Source: Candidatus Eiseniibacteriota bacterium
GTDB lineage: Bacteria > Eisenbacteria > RBG-16-71-46 > CAVPCR01
Reading direction: 5' to 3'
Length of the DNA: 64,000 nt
NCBI GenBank assembly: GCA_963823555.1
Contig: CAWGMA010000001.1
Location: 1,056,001 to 1,120,000, forward strand
Part shown: piece by piece, positions 9,837 to 21,909 of the stretch
How the letters are laid out: every line of letters starts with the position of its first letter
Numbering within the stretch: the stretch's first letter is position 1
Program-made: the position numbers and the translations under genes
The notes under the pieces: generated by a model
What the model was told of the DNA's origin: nothing
Seen by the model: only the letters and a program-made list of their open reading frames with translations
Database searches by the model: none

Positions 9837-10382
9837 GTGGTCAAGAAGTGTCAAAACTGCGGCAAGGCGCCCGCCAAGCACCACATCAAGAAGTGGGAGA
9901 ACAACGTCGAGGTGGACCTCGCGCTGTGCGACGCCTGCGCCGAGGCGAAGGGCTTCGCTCCCACGGGCGTCAAGAAGGGAAGCCTGGCCGAGACCCTGGG
10001 GGAGATGCTCGACGGCCTTGACGGCGTGGCCGAGGGGGCGGTGGGCAGCATCCAGTGCGGGCGGTGCGGCCTTCTCTACTCGACGTTCCGGCAGACCGGC
10101 CGGCTCGGCTGCCCCCAGTGCTACATCGCTTTCGAGAAGCAGCTGAAGCCGATCCTGAGGCGCGTGCATGGTGCCGTCCAGCATTCCGGTAAGGCACCAG
10201 CCGGCGATGACGAGCACGCCGTCAGGCGCCGGGAGCTCAAGCGAATCCAGGACGAGATGGAGCGGGCGGTGGCCCGCGAGGAGTTCGAGCTCGCGGCCCG
10301 GCTCCGCGACGAGATCCGCAAGCTGTCCGAGGGCCAGGTGGCCGAGCACCCGGGCGCCACGGGCGGCGAGCGAAACAACTAG
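9837..10382 (+). CDS. mcsA: McsA, protein-arginine kinase activator (4 CxxC + UvrB/C motif)
   Basis: CQNC, CDAC, CGRC, GRLGCPQCY, HG..H.GK.P, EEFELAARLRDEI; directly upstream of mcsB-clpC. Confidence 0.92.
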   Translation: MVKKCQNCGKAPAKHHIKKWENNVEVDLALCDACAEAKGFAPTGVKKGSLAETLGEMLDGLDGVAEGAVGSIQCGRCGLLYSTFRQTGRLGCPQCYIAFEKQLKPILRRVHGAVQHSGKAPAGDDEHAVRRRELKRIQDEMERAVAREEFELAARLRDEIRKLSEGQVAEHPGATGGERNN

Positions 10383-10421
10383 CGCTCATGGAGCGCAGCC
10401 TTGACGGACGAGGGGAGCTCG

Positions 10422-11495
10422 ATGAGCGCATCCGCACTTGACGAACTGGTCGGCAAGCCGAGCCGGTGGTTGACCGAGGCCGGCAGCGAGTCCGATCTCG
10501 TTCTCTCCACGCGGGTCCGGCTGGCCCGGAACCTGCGCGATCTGCCCTTCACCCAGCGCGCGGCCGACGAGGAGATGGGCGTGGTCGTGTCGCGCGTGGT
10601 CTCGGCGTGCCAGAGCTCGTCCCAGCTCGGGGGCGGGAGCTTCTTGAGCATGAATGAGCTCTCCGAGCTCGATCGCCAGTTCCTCGCCGAGCGTCATCTC
10701 ATCAGCCGCGAGATGGTCTCCGAGTCCCGTCCCGCCGGGCTCTATCTCACCAAGGGCGAGCACGGAACGGTCATGGTCAACGAGGAGGATCACCTCCGCA
10801 TCACGACCGTCGTCCCGGGGCTCGAGCTCGACACCGCCTGGGGCGAGGTTCGGGCCATCGAGGAGGAGCTCGATTCGGCCCTCGAGTTCGCCTATTCGGA
10901 TGATCTCGGCTACCTGACCGCGTGCCCGACCAATGTCGGAACCGGGATGCGGCTCTCGGTGTTCCTGCATCTACCCTCCCTGGTCCTCACCAAGAAGATT
11001 CGCCAGGTGCTGCGTGGGATCAGCCAGGTGGGGCTTGCGGTCCGCGGCTTCTACGGCGAGGGATCCGAGATCCTCGGCAACTTCTTTCAGGTCTCGAACC
11101 AGCAGACGCTCGGGCTCTCCGAGCGGGAGACCATCGACAACCTGGACAAGGTCACCCGCCAGGTGATGGAGTCGGAGGTCCGGGCCCGGCGTATCCTGCG
11201 TCAAGGAGGCCCGCCTCCAGCTCGAGGACAAGATCTTCCGCGCCTACGGCACCCTCGATCCATGCGCGGGTGCTGACGGCGAGGAGGTGATCAACCTGGT
11301 GTCGGCCGTGCGCTTCGGGGTCGCCCTCGGCATCGGCGTTCCGGTCGACCTCGCCAGCCTGCAACCAGCTCCTGGTGCTCACCCAGCCGGCTCATCTCCA
11401 GAAGATGGCCGGCCAGGAGATGAGCGAGGCGGAGCGCAACGCCTATCGTGCCGAACTGGTGCGCGCAGCGACTGTCGCCGGCAAGCACGAACTGA
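10422..11495 (+). CDS. mcsB: McsB protein-arginine kinase, frameshifted near the 3' end
   Basis: LSTRVRLARNL, LAERHLIS, MVNEEDHLRI, YLTACPTNVGTGMR, VRGFYGEGS...FQVSNQ.TLG, TQPAHLQ; end coordinate reconstructed across frameshifts (~11200-11470). Confidence 0.9.
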
Positions 11496-11564
11496 TTCCG
11501 GCGCGCCTGACGATTCGAGCCCAGAGCCGGCGCCTCGGGAGCGCCGCAGCGAGGAGGAGAGGAC

Positions 11565-14056
<2,492 letters not shown>

Positions 14057-14064
14057 CCTCGTCC

Positions 14065-14088
14065 CGGGCCGGGCAGCAGCCCGGCCCG
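14065..14088 (+). terminator. Perfect 10-bp GC hairpin after clpC
   Basis: CGGGCCGGGC-agca-GCCCGGCCCG just after the stop codon; no U-tract. Confidence 0.4.
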
Positions 14089-14374
14089 AGGCCTGTGAGC
14101 GCCCCCGGCGCTCCCTCCCCAGGGCCCTGGCCCGCAGGGGTGGGGCTCCGGGGGCTTCTCGTTGCCCGGCCGGCGCTGGCAAGCAAGCGAAACTCCAAGC
14201 GCCACAACCGGGTAAGAAGCTGAAGACGGGCCAGGATGCGGTATCGCAAAGGAAACCGGCCCCGGTGTCCCTCTGCCGCCCGGGTCTGGTAGGATGCCGC
14301 CGGCCGGAAATCCACCGGCAAGCGCGCGGGATCGTCAAGTACGGTCGGTATTTCCGGGCTCAATCGAGGCAGAG

Positions 14375-16729
14375 GTGGACCACACAGGACGCGTGGATCA
14401 GACCCAGCTGACCGGCAGCTCTCCGGCCGGGGAAAACCAGGCGGCCGCGCCACCGCGGCTCCGGAGGGGAGCCGGCGGGCATTGGATCCTGCCCTGGGTC
14501 GCGCTCGTCGGCCTTTCCCTCCTCCCGCCTTCCGCCGCCCGCGCCGAGGCCCTGGGCGAGCTCGCCGAGATCGAGGTTCGCGGCAATCGCTCGGTCGACG
14601 CCGAGCTCATCGTGAGCTCGACCCGCCTCACGACCGGGATGACGCTCACCCGGGACGATGTCGGTGAGGCCGCGCGCAAGCTCTTCAAGCTCGGGCTCTT
14701 CGATGACGTCGATGTCTATGGCGAAGAGATCGGTCCCGACCGGATCCGTCTCATCATCGATGTCGAGGAGAAGCGGCGCGTGGTCGCGATCCGCTTCGAC
14801 GGCAACAAGAAGATCGATGATGCGACGCTACGCGAGAAGATGACGGTCAAGGAAGGACAGATCTTCGATGACCGCATTCTCGCCGAGCAGATCAAGGCCC
14901 TGGTCACCGCCTACAAGGAAAAGGGCTACTCGCAGGTGCAGGTCGCCAGCGAAGTCACGGCCAACACCAGCGAGGGGCCGGGGCGCGTGGATCTCGACTT
15001 CACGATCGAGGAAGGGCAGAAGGTCAAGGTCACCGAGGTCCGGCTGACCGGTGCCGAGGGCATCAATCGCGCCGCCTTGCTCGACGGTGTCAAGACCAAG
15101 AAGAAGAGCTTCTACTTCTTCGGCGGCGACTTCAAGGAAGAGGTGTTGCGCGAGGATCTCGAGCGAGTCGCGACCAACCTGCGCAACATGGGCTACATGG
15201 ATGCCAAGACGCCCGAGGTCAAGCTCCATTTCGCCGAGAACGAGCCCGAGCTCACAGTCGAGATCGCGGTCGAGCCCGGCGTCTTCTACAAGATGGGTGA
15301 CGCCACGTGGAGCGGGAACTCGGTGCTCTCGACCGGTCAGCTCGAGCGTCAGGTGGTGTGGTTCCCGGAGGACCCCTACTCGGAAGAGAAGGTCTCGACC
15401 ACCGTCTCCAATGCCTATTCGGCCTATGCCGAAGAGGGTTACATCTATGTGAGCGTGGAGCCGCGCAAGGTGGTCAACGGCAACCGGGTGTCGATGGAAT
15501 TCACCGTCACCGAGGGCGAGCCGTCGATGGTGCGCCAGGTCCGGATCACGGGGAACACGCGCACCAAGGAGAAGGTGGTCCGACGCCAGCTCGTCATCCG
15601 CCCCGGGGATCGATTCTCGCGCTCGGCGCTCGTCCGCAGTCAGCGTGAGGTCTTCCAGCTCGGTTTCTTCGAGGACGTCCGCGTCGATTTCGAGCGCGCC
15701 GGCCAGGGCACCTCTGACATCGATGTCGTGTTCAACGTCAAGGAGAAGCAGACCGGAACGCTGCAGGCCGGGGCCGGGTTCTCCTCCGCCGGCGGTCTCA
15801 CCGGCTTCATCGAGATGGGCCACAACAATCTCTTCGGAAACGGCCAGCAGCTCAATCTCAAGATCGAGGCCGGAGGACGCAGCGGCCAGCAGGAGATCAG
15901 CTTCACCGAGCCCTGGTTCCGCGACACGCCGACCTCGGTCGGATTCGATCTCTTCAACACGCGTATCCGCCGCGACATCTATGACGACCGCCGCCGCGGC
16001 GGCGCGATTCGACTCGGCCGGCCGCTACCGTGGCCCGACTTCACGCGGGGATTCGTGAGCTACCGTCTCGAGAACGTGAACATCTCGAACGTGGACCCGG
16101 GATACAACGTGCGCCAGGGCACGACGACGACGTCCTCGGTCTCCGTCACCTTCTCTCGCAACTCGACCGACAACCCCTTCTACCCGCGGACCGGGAGCCG
16201 GGTCACATGGCGCTCCGAGTTCGCGGGCGCGCTGTTCGGCGGCGACGTCGACTTCATGAAGCACGTGCTCGACGCGCGGACCTATATTCCCACCTACGGG
16301 CGTCCCGTCCTGATGCTGCGCAGCCGTGGCGGGCTCCTGACCGGCTACGGCGGGTCGGCCCTGGTCCCCGATTACGAGACGTTCCGTCTCGGCGGCTCGA
16401 CGACCTACTTCCTGCGCGGCTACTCCGATTACGAGATCGTGCCGCGGGGCAACGACCGCTATCCGGGGGGGCGCGTCGCCGCCACGTTCACCGCGGAAGT
16501 GCAGTTCCTGATCGCCGAGCCGGTGCACGGGCTCGTCTTCCTCGATGCCGGAGATACCTGGAACTCGACCGACCAGGTGCGTCTAGGGGATCTACGCAAG
16601 GGAGCCGGCTTCGGTGTGCGCCTCGAGATCCCGCTCCTCGGGATGATCGGGTTCGACTACGGCTATGGATTCGATCGTGTCGGTGGAGGAGCCTGGGAGC
16701 CACACTTCCTGATCGGGGCGCAGTTCTAG
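14375..16729 (+). CDS. bamA: Outer membrane protein assembly factor BamA
   Basis: POTRA repeats (IEVRGN, FDGNKKI, ITGNTRTKEKVVRR), HNNLFGNGQ, FTEPWF, LRGY motif, C-terminal F; start (GTG 14375) uncertain. Confidence 0.95.
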   Translation: MDHTGRVDQTQLTGSSPAGENQAAAPPRLRRGAGGHWILPWVALVGLSLLPPSAARAEALGELAEIEVRGNRSVDAELIVSSTRLTTGMTLTRDDVGEAARKLFKLGLFDDVDVYGEEIGPDRIRLIIDVEEKRRVVAIRFDGNKKIDDATLREKMTVKEGQIFDDRILAEQIKALVTAYKEKGYSQVQVASEVTANTSEGPGRVDLDFTIEEGQKVKVTEVRLTGAEGINRAALLDGVKTKKKSFYFFGGDFKEEVLREDLERVATNLRNMGYMDAKTPEVKLHFAENEPELTVEIAVEPGVFYKMGDATWSGNSVLSTGQLERQVVWFPEDPYSEEKVSTTVSNAYSAYAEEGYIYVSVEPRKVVNGNRVSMEFTVTEGEPSMVRQVRITGNTRTKEKVVRRQLVIRPGDRFSRSALVRSQREVFQLGFFEDVRVDFERAGQGTSDIDVVFNVKEKQTGTLQAGAGFSSAGGLTGFIEMGHNNLFGNGQQLNLKIEAGGRSGQQEISFTEPWFRDTPTSVGFDLFNTRIRRDIYDDRRRGGAIRLGRPLPWPDFTRGFVSYRLENVNISNVDPGYNVRQGTTTTSSVSVTFSRNSTDNPFYPRTGSRVTWRSEFAGALFGGDVDFMKHVLDARTYIPTYGRPVLMLRSRGGLLTGYGGSALVPDYETFRLGGSTTYFLRGYSDYEIVPRGNDRYPGGRVAATFTAEVQFLIAEPVHGLVFLDAGDTWNSTDQVRLGDLRKGAGFGVRLEIPLLGMIGFDYGYGFDRVGGGAWEPHFLIGAQF

Positions 16730-16822
16730 CCGCCGCGCCCCTCGTCTCGCGCCCCATGGGCGCTGTTTCAATGGGTTTCGGCCTGCCGGCGCCACCGGCG
16801 CAGCCGGCCGCAGAGTTGGGCC

Positions 16823-16851
16823 TTTCCAGCCGGGAGGGAGTGGGCTACACT
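16823..16851 (+). promoter_or_regulatory. Possible internal sigma70 promoter before skp
   Basis: TTTCCA - 17 nt - TACACT in the bamA-skp spacer. Confidence 0.3.
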
Positions 16852-16884
16852 CCTTTGCTTCGGATGACCAAGATGAAAGGACAG

Positions 16885-17547
16885 ATGGACACCTACACGC
16901 TGGCCGCGGCGAGGGACGCATCCGGGCGCTCGAATCGCCGCGCGCTCTATTTCTCCTGCGCGATTCTGGCTGCCGCCCTGGTGCTGGCCCCGCGCGATTC
17001 GTCAGCCCAGCGCATCGCCTACCTCTCGACCTGGCGCATCATCGGCCCCGAGGCCGAGTACCAGGGCAGCCGGGACGCCGAGCAGAGCCTGAATCGCGAC
17101 ATCGAGGGCTGGAACCGGGACCTCGAGGAGAAGAAGCAGGAGATCCTGGCTCTCGAGCAGGAGATCGAGCAGAAGCGGCTCCTCATCTCCGAAACCAAGC
17201 GCCAGGAGCTGGAGCAGAAGCGCACGCAGCTGGCGGGCGATTACGAGCGTCGGGTCAAGGAGGTCTACGGCGAAGGCGGCCTCATCGACCGCAAGAACTT
17301 CGAGCTCACGAAATCCATTCTCGACAAGGTGAAGGAGGCCGTGAGCATCATCGCCCGCGATGAGGGGTACGATTTCGTCTTCGACGCCAGCGATGCCAAC
17401 CTGGTGTGGGCCAACAAGGACTTCGACATCACAGACCGCGTCCTGACCAAGATGGCCGAGGGCCTGCCGACGCAGCCCGGGGCGCAGCCGACCAGCCCGC
17501 CGCCGGTGCCCCAGCAGCCGCCGATCGGTGACGGGCGCAACGACTAG
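16885..17547 (+). CDS. skp: OmpH/Skp periplasmic chaperone
   Basis: Signal peptide ending SSA-QRIAY, coiled-coil body, GYDFVFD...DITDRVL; position between bamA and lpxD. Confidence 0.85.
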   Translation: MDTYTLAAARDASGRSNRRALYFSCAILAAALVLAPRDSSAQRIAYLSTWRIIGPEAEYQGSRDAEQSLNRDIEGWNRDLEEKKQEILALEQEIEQKRLLISETKRQELEQKRTQLAGDYERRVKEVYGEGGLIDRKNFELTKSILDKVKEAVSIIARDEGYDFVFDASDANLVWANKDFDITDRVLTKMAEGLPTQPGAQPTSPPPVPQQPPIGDGRND

Positions 17548-17559
17548 CGGGATCTTTCC

Positions 17560-18657
17560 ATGCGGCTCGGAGAGCTGGCAGCGAAAATCGGCGGTGTCCT
17601 CCACGGCGATCCGGATGTCGAGATCACCGGGGTCGCTGGCGTGCGCGATGCGGGCACCGGCGATCTGACGTTCCTCGCCGATCCGCGCTATGAGGGCGCC
17701 GCGGCGAAGACTCGCGCGGCCGCCATCCTTGTCGCCGCCAACCACCGCAGCTTCGCCCTGCCGTCGATCGAGCATGCCGATCCCTATCGGGCCTTTCTCG
17801 CCGCGGTTGCGCTCTTGAGGCCGGTGCCCCCGCAAGCGCCGGCGGGGGTTCACCCCACGGCGGTGATCGGTCCCGGCGTGCGGCTGGGACCCGAGGTGTC
17901 GGTCGGGCCGCATGCGGTCATCGAAGCCGAGGCGGAGATCGGCCATGATGCCGTGATCGGCGCCGGGGTCTTCATCGGCCGCCGGGCTCGCGTCGGGGCG
18001 GCGACCATGCTCTTTCCGAAGGTCGTGATCCGTGAGGAGTGCATTCTCGGCGAGCGGGTCATCATCCACTCGGGCACCGTCATCGGATCGGACGGTTTCG
18101 GTTTCCTGCGCGATGGCCCCCGGCTGGTGAAGGTGCCCCAGCGCGGACGAGTCGTGATCGGCGATGACGTCGAGATCGGAGCTTGCTGCGCCATCGATCG
18201 CGGCACGGTGGGGGAGACGATCATCGGCCGCGGCACCAAGTTCGACAACCTGGTGCATGTCGGGCACAACGTGCGCATCGGCGAGGACTCGATCGTGGTG
18301 GCGCAAGTCGGGATCAGCGGCTCGGCCACCATCGGTCGCAACGTCGTCATCGCCGGGCAGGCCGGGATCAACGGCCACATCGAGATCGGGGATGGAGCCC
18401 AGGTCGGGGCCCAGTCCGGGGTCGTCGGCTCGCTCGAGCCGGGTGCCCGGGTGTGGGGCACGCCGGCGCTGCCCTATCCCAGGTCCAAGCGCGTCTATGC
18501 CGCCCTCCGCCGCGCCCCCGAGCTCCTGCGCCTGGTCGCCGAGCTCGAGAAGCGCGTGGCATCTCTCGAGGCGGAGCTCGGCGCCTCCCGTGGCCCCGTC
18601 CGGGCCGCACCCGGTGCCCGGTCGTCGCCCCGCGTCCAGTCTGCCGAGGAGTCATGA
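17560..18657 (+). CDS. lpxD: UDP-3-O-(3-hydroxyacyl)glucosamine N-acyltransferase
   Basis: Hexapeptide repeats, IGSDGFGF, KVPQ.G.V.IGDDVEIGA...IDRG, KFDNLVHVGHN. Confidence 0.96.
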   Translation: MRLGELAAKIGGVLHGDPDVEITGVAGVRDAGTGDLTFLADPRYEGAAAKTRAAAILVAANHRSFALPSIEHADPYRAFLAAVALLRPVPPQAPAGVHPTAVIGPGVRLGPEVSVGPHAVIEAEAEIGHDAVIGAGVFIGRRARVGAATMLFPKVVIREECILGERVIIHSGTVIGSDGFGFLRDGPRLVKVPQRGRVVIGDDVEIGACCAIDRGTVGETIIGRGTKFDNLVHVGHNVRIGEDSIVVAQVGISGSATIGRNVVIAGQAGINGHIEIGDGAQVGAQSGVVGSLEPGARVWGTPALPYPRSKRVYAALRRAPELLRLVAELEKRVASLEAELGASRGPVRAAPGARSSPRVQSAEES

Positions 18658-19973
18658 CCAAGCAGCGAACCATCGAGCGTCCTGTCTCCTTCCAAGGGAT
18701 CGGGCTCCACTCCGGAGCGCAATGCACGGTCACCTTTCATCCGGACGAGATCAACTCCGGGATCTCATTCCTGCGCACCGATCTGCCCGGCACGGCGCGG
18801 ATCCCGGTCGGCCCGCAGGCGGCGCGTTACGATCCCGCGCGTGGCCGTCGCACGATCCTCTCCAACGGTCAGGTGGAGGTGCACACCGTCGAGCACATCC
18901 TGGCCGCCGTCCATGGGCTCAGCATCGACAACCTGAGGATCGAGATCGATGGCGAGGAGGCCCCGGAGCCAGAGGACGGCAGCGCGATCCCGATCGTCGA
19001 GACGCTCAAGTCGGGCGGCCTTCGCGAGCAGGATGCACCCCGCCGTTACCTCCGGCTCGATGGGCCGGTGAGCTTCAATGAGCGGGACGTGCAGCTCCTT
19101 GCGGTCCCCCACGATGGCCTCCGCATCACCTATACGATCGACTATCCCAACCGCGTGGTGGGAACGCAGAGCGCCAGCTTCGAGCTCGATCCCGACACCT
19201 TCGAGCGCGAGATCGCGCCGGCGCGCACTTTTGTTCTCATGCGCGATGTCGAGGGGTTGCGCCGGGCCGGGATGATCAAGGGCGGCAGCATCTCGAACGC
19301 CGTCGTCGTCGAGGACGAGGGCATTCTCAACAACGAGCCCCTGCGCTTTCCCAACGAGTTCGTGCGGCACAAGATCCTCGATCTCCTCGGTGATCTCTGC
19401 TGCGTCGGGGCGCCGCTCCGGGCGCACATCGTCGCCTTCCGCTCCGGCCATGAATCGCACGTCAAGTTCGTGCGCAAGCTGCACGAAGCGACCGCCAACT
19501 CGGTCGGGGGCGCCCGTCCCACGCTGACCGCCGACGGCGAGCGGATCTGGGACATCACGGCCATCGAGCGCATCATGCCCCATCGCTACCCGATGCTGCT
19601 CGTCGACCGCATCCTGGAGCTCACGGACGAGCGGGTGGTGGGCATCAAGAACGTCACCGTCAACGAAGCCTTCTTCGCCGGGCATTTTCCCGGTCATCCG
19701 ATCATGCCGGCGGTGCTGATCATCGAGGCCATGGCCCAGGTCGGGGGGTTCATGCTCCTCAATCGCGTCCAGGAGCCCGACTCGAAGCTCGTCTACTTCA
19801 TCGGTATCGACAACGCGAAGTTCCGGCGGCCGGTCATTCCCGGCGACCAGCTGCGCTTCGAGCTGACGCTGCTCAAGCTCAAGGGCAGGATCTGCAAGAT
19901 GCAGGGCAAGGCCTTCGTCGACGGCAATCTGGTCGCGGAGGCGGAGCTCCTGTCGAGCGTGATCGAGCGGTGA
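18654..19973 (+). CDS. lpxC: Bifunctional LpxC / FabZ
   Basis: KQRTI, GIGLHSG, TVEHILAA, IAPARTF, RHKILDLLGDL, followed in frame by FabZ MPHRYPMLLVD, GHFPGHPIMPAVLIIEAMAQ. Confidence 0.96.
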   Translation: MTKQRTIERPVSFQGIGLHSGAQCTVTFHPDEINSGISFLRTDLPGTARIPVGPQAARYDPARGRRTILSNGQVEVHTVEHILAAVHGLSIDNLRIEIDGEEAPEPEDGSAIPIVETLKSGGLREQDAPRRYLRLDGPVSFNERDVQLLAVPHDGLRITYTIDYPNRVVGTQSASFELDPDTFEREIAPARTFVLMRDVEGLRRAGMIKGGSISNAVVVEDEGILNNEPLRFPNEFVRHKILDLLGDLCCVGAPLRAHIVAFRSGHESHVKFVRKLHEATANSVGGARPTLTADGERIWDITAIERIMPHRYPMLLVDRILELTDERVVGIKNVTVNEAFFAGHFPGHPIMPAVLIIEAMAQVGGFMLLNRVQEPDSKLVYFIGIDNAKFRRPVIPGDQLRFELTLLKLKGRICKMQGKAFVDGNLVAEAELLSSVIER

Positions 19974-20010
19974 GCGCATGACCGCAGCGAACCCGGACAG
20001 AGAGGCGGAG

Positions 20011-20786
20011 ATGACGACCGTCATCGACTCCACCGCAGTCATCGCCTCGGCGCCCAGCTGGGGGTCGGCGTTCGCGTCGGTCCGTACGCCATCATCGGCG
20101 ACCACGTGGTGGTCGGGGATCGCAGCGTGATCGGTCCCCATGCTGTGCTCGACGGCTGGACGACGATCGGCGAGGAGGCGCGGATCCATGTCGGGGCGGT
20201 GGTCGGCAACGAGCCCCAGGATCTCAAGTTCACGCCGTGCCAGAGCTTCGTGCGGATCGGCAAGCGCAACGTCATCCGGGAGTACGTGACCATCCACCGG
20301 GCGACCGCCGAGGGCGAGACGACCGAGATCGGGGACGACAACCTGCTCATGGCCTACGTGCACGTGGCGCACAATTGCCGGATCGGGAACCACGTCATCC
20401 TGGCCAATGCCGTCAATCTGGCCGGCCATGTCGAGATCGAGGACTTCGCCATCATCGGCGGCGTCACGCCCGTGCACCAGTTCGTGCGCATCGGCCGGCA
20501 CTGCTTCATCGGCGGGGGATCGCGAATCCCCCAGGACATTCCGCCGTTCGTCCGCTGCGCAGGGAATCCGATCCGGGTTGTCGGTTTGAACTCGGTCGGT
20601 CTCGCGCGCCGGGGTTTCAGCCCGGAAGTGGTCGCCGAGCTCAAGCGCGCCTACCGCATCGTCTACCGCCTGGATCTGAACGTGACGCAGGCCATCGAGA
20701 AAGTGCGAGGGGAGCTCGAGCCCTTCCCCGAAGTGTTGGCTTTCATCGAGTTCATCGAGGCGTCGGAGCGCGGGATCACGCGGTAG
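20011..20786 (+). CDS. lpxA: Acyl-ACP--UDP-N-acetylglucosamine O-acyltransferase, frameshift near 20050
   Basis: PQDLKF, IREYVTIHRAT, LMAYVHVAHNC, LAGHV, VHQFVRIG, GLNSVGL.RRGF. Confidence 0.95.
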
Positions 20787-20861
20787 CGCTCCCGGTGACG
20801 GTCCGGCAGGCGCTCTGTGCGTGGCAGGAAGGGATTCCGCTGCGCGGGGCGGGAGGTGGAG

Positions 20862-21909
20862 ATGAGCAATCGGAGCCTCCGAGTCGGGGTCGTGGGCGTC
20901 GGCCATCTCGGTGCTCATCACGCGCGCCATTATGCCCGCATGCCCGGCGTCGAGCTGGTGGGTGTGACCGACAGCAACCAGGAGCGCGCACGCGCGGTCG
21001 CCGCCGAGGTCGGGGTCCGCGTCTTCGACCTTCCTGCGGCCCTGGCCCGGGAGGTGGATGCCCTCTCGGTCGCGGTTCCCGCCGCCGCTCACGCCGACTG
21101 TGCGATCCCGGTGCTCGAGCAGGGCACCGCCGTGCTCCTCGAGAAACCGATGGCGCCGTCGCTGGCCGAAGCCACCGCGATCCGCGACGCGGCCGCCAGC
21201 GGTCGCGCGCCCCTCATGGTCGGCCATGTCGAGCGCTGGAACGGCGCCTGGCGTCGCGTGGCCGACATGATCCGCTCGACCCCGCTTCATCGAGGGTCAC
21301 CGGCTCTCCTCCTTCGTCGCGCGAGGGCTGGATGTCGATGTCATCTTCGATCTCATGATCCACGATCTCGACCTCGTGCTGTCGATCGCGAGCGCTCCGC
21401 TCAGGCGCGTGGCGGCGGTCGGCGTTCCGGTGCTCACGACGAGCGCGGACATCGCCAATGCGCGCCTGGAGTTCGCCGATGGCCTCGTCGCCAACCTGAC
21501 CGCGAGTCGGGTGTCCCGGGAGAAGATGCGGAAGATCCGCTTGTTCCAGCCCGATGCCTATCTCTCGATCGATTTCGCCGGGCGCAAGGCGGAGGTGGTG
21601 ACGCGCCACGCGGGTGCGGCTCCCATCGAATCCGATGCCGGACCCGCCGCGCTCGCCGCGCTGCTGGCGAGCCTCGAGCACCGATCGATCGACGCCAAGG
21701 ACGAGCCCGAGCCGTTGCTCGCCGAGATCGCGGCCTTCGTCGCCGCGGTGCGCGAGGGACGGGAGCCGTCGCCGTCCGCGGCCGAGGGTCTCCGTGCTGT
21801 CGAACTGGCCACTCAGGTGGCCGAGAGCATGGCCGCCGGGATGGCGGTGGCCTCGAGCGCGGCATCACGTGCGCCGGCGGCGCGTGATGCCGCGACCCCG
21901 GGCGCGTGA
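20862..21909 (+). CDS. Gfo/Idh/MocA oxidoreductase (GnnA-like NDP-sugar 3-dehydrogenase), frameshift near 21275
   Basis: VGVVGVGHLG.HH, LLEKPM, VGHVER.N, DLMIHDLD, DIANARLEF, TASRVS...RKIR; sits between lpxA and lpxB. Confidence 0.8.
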
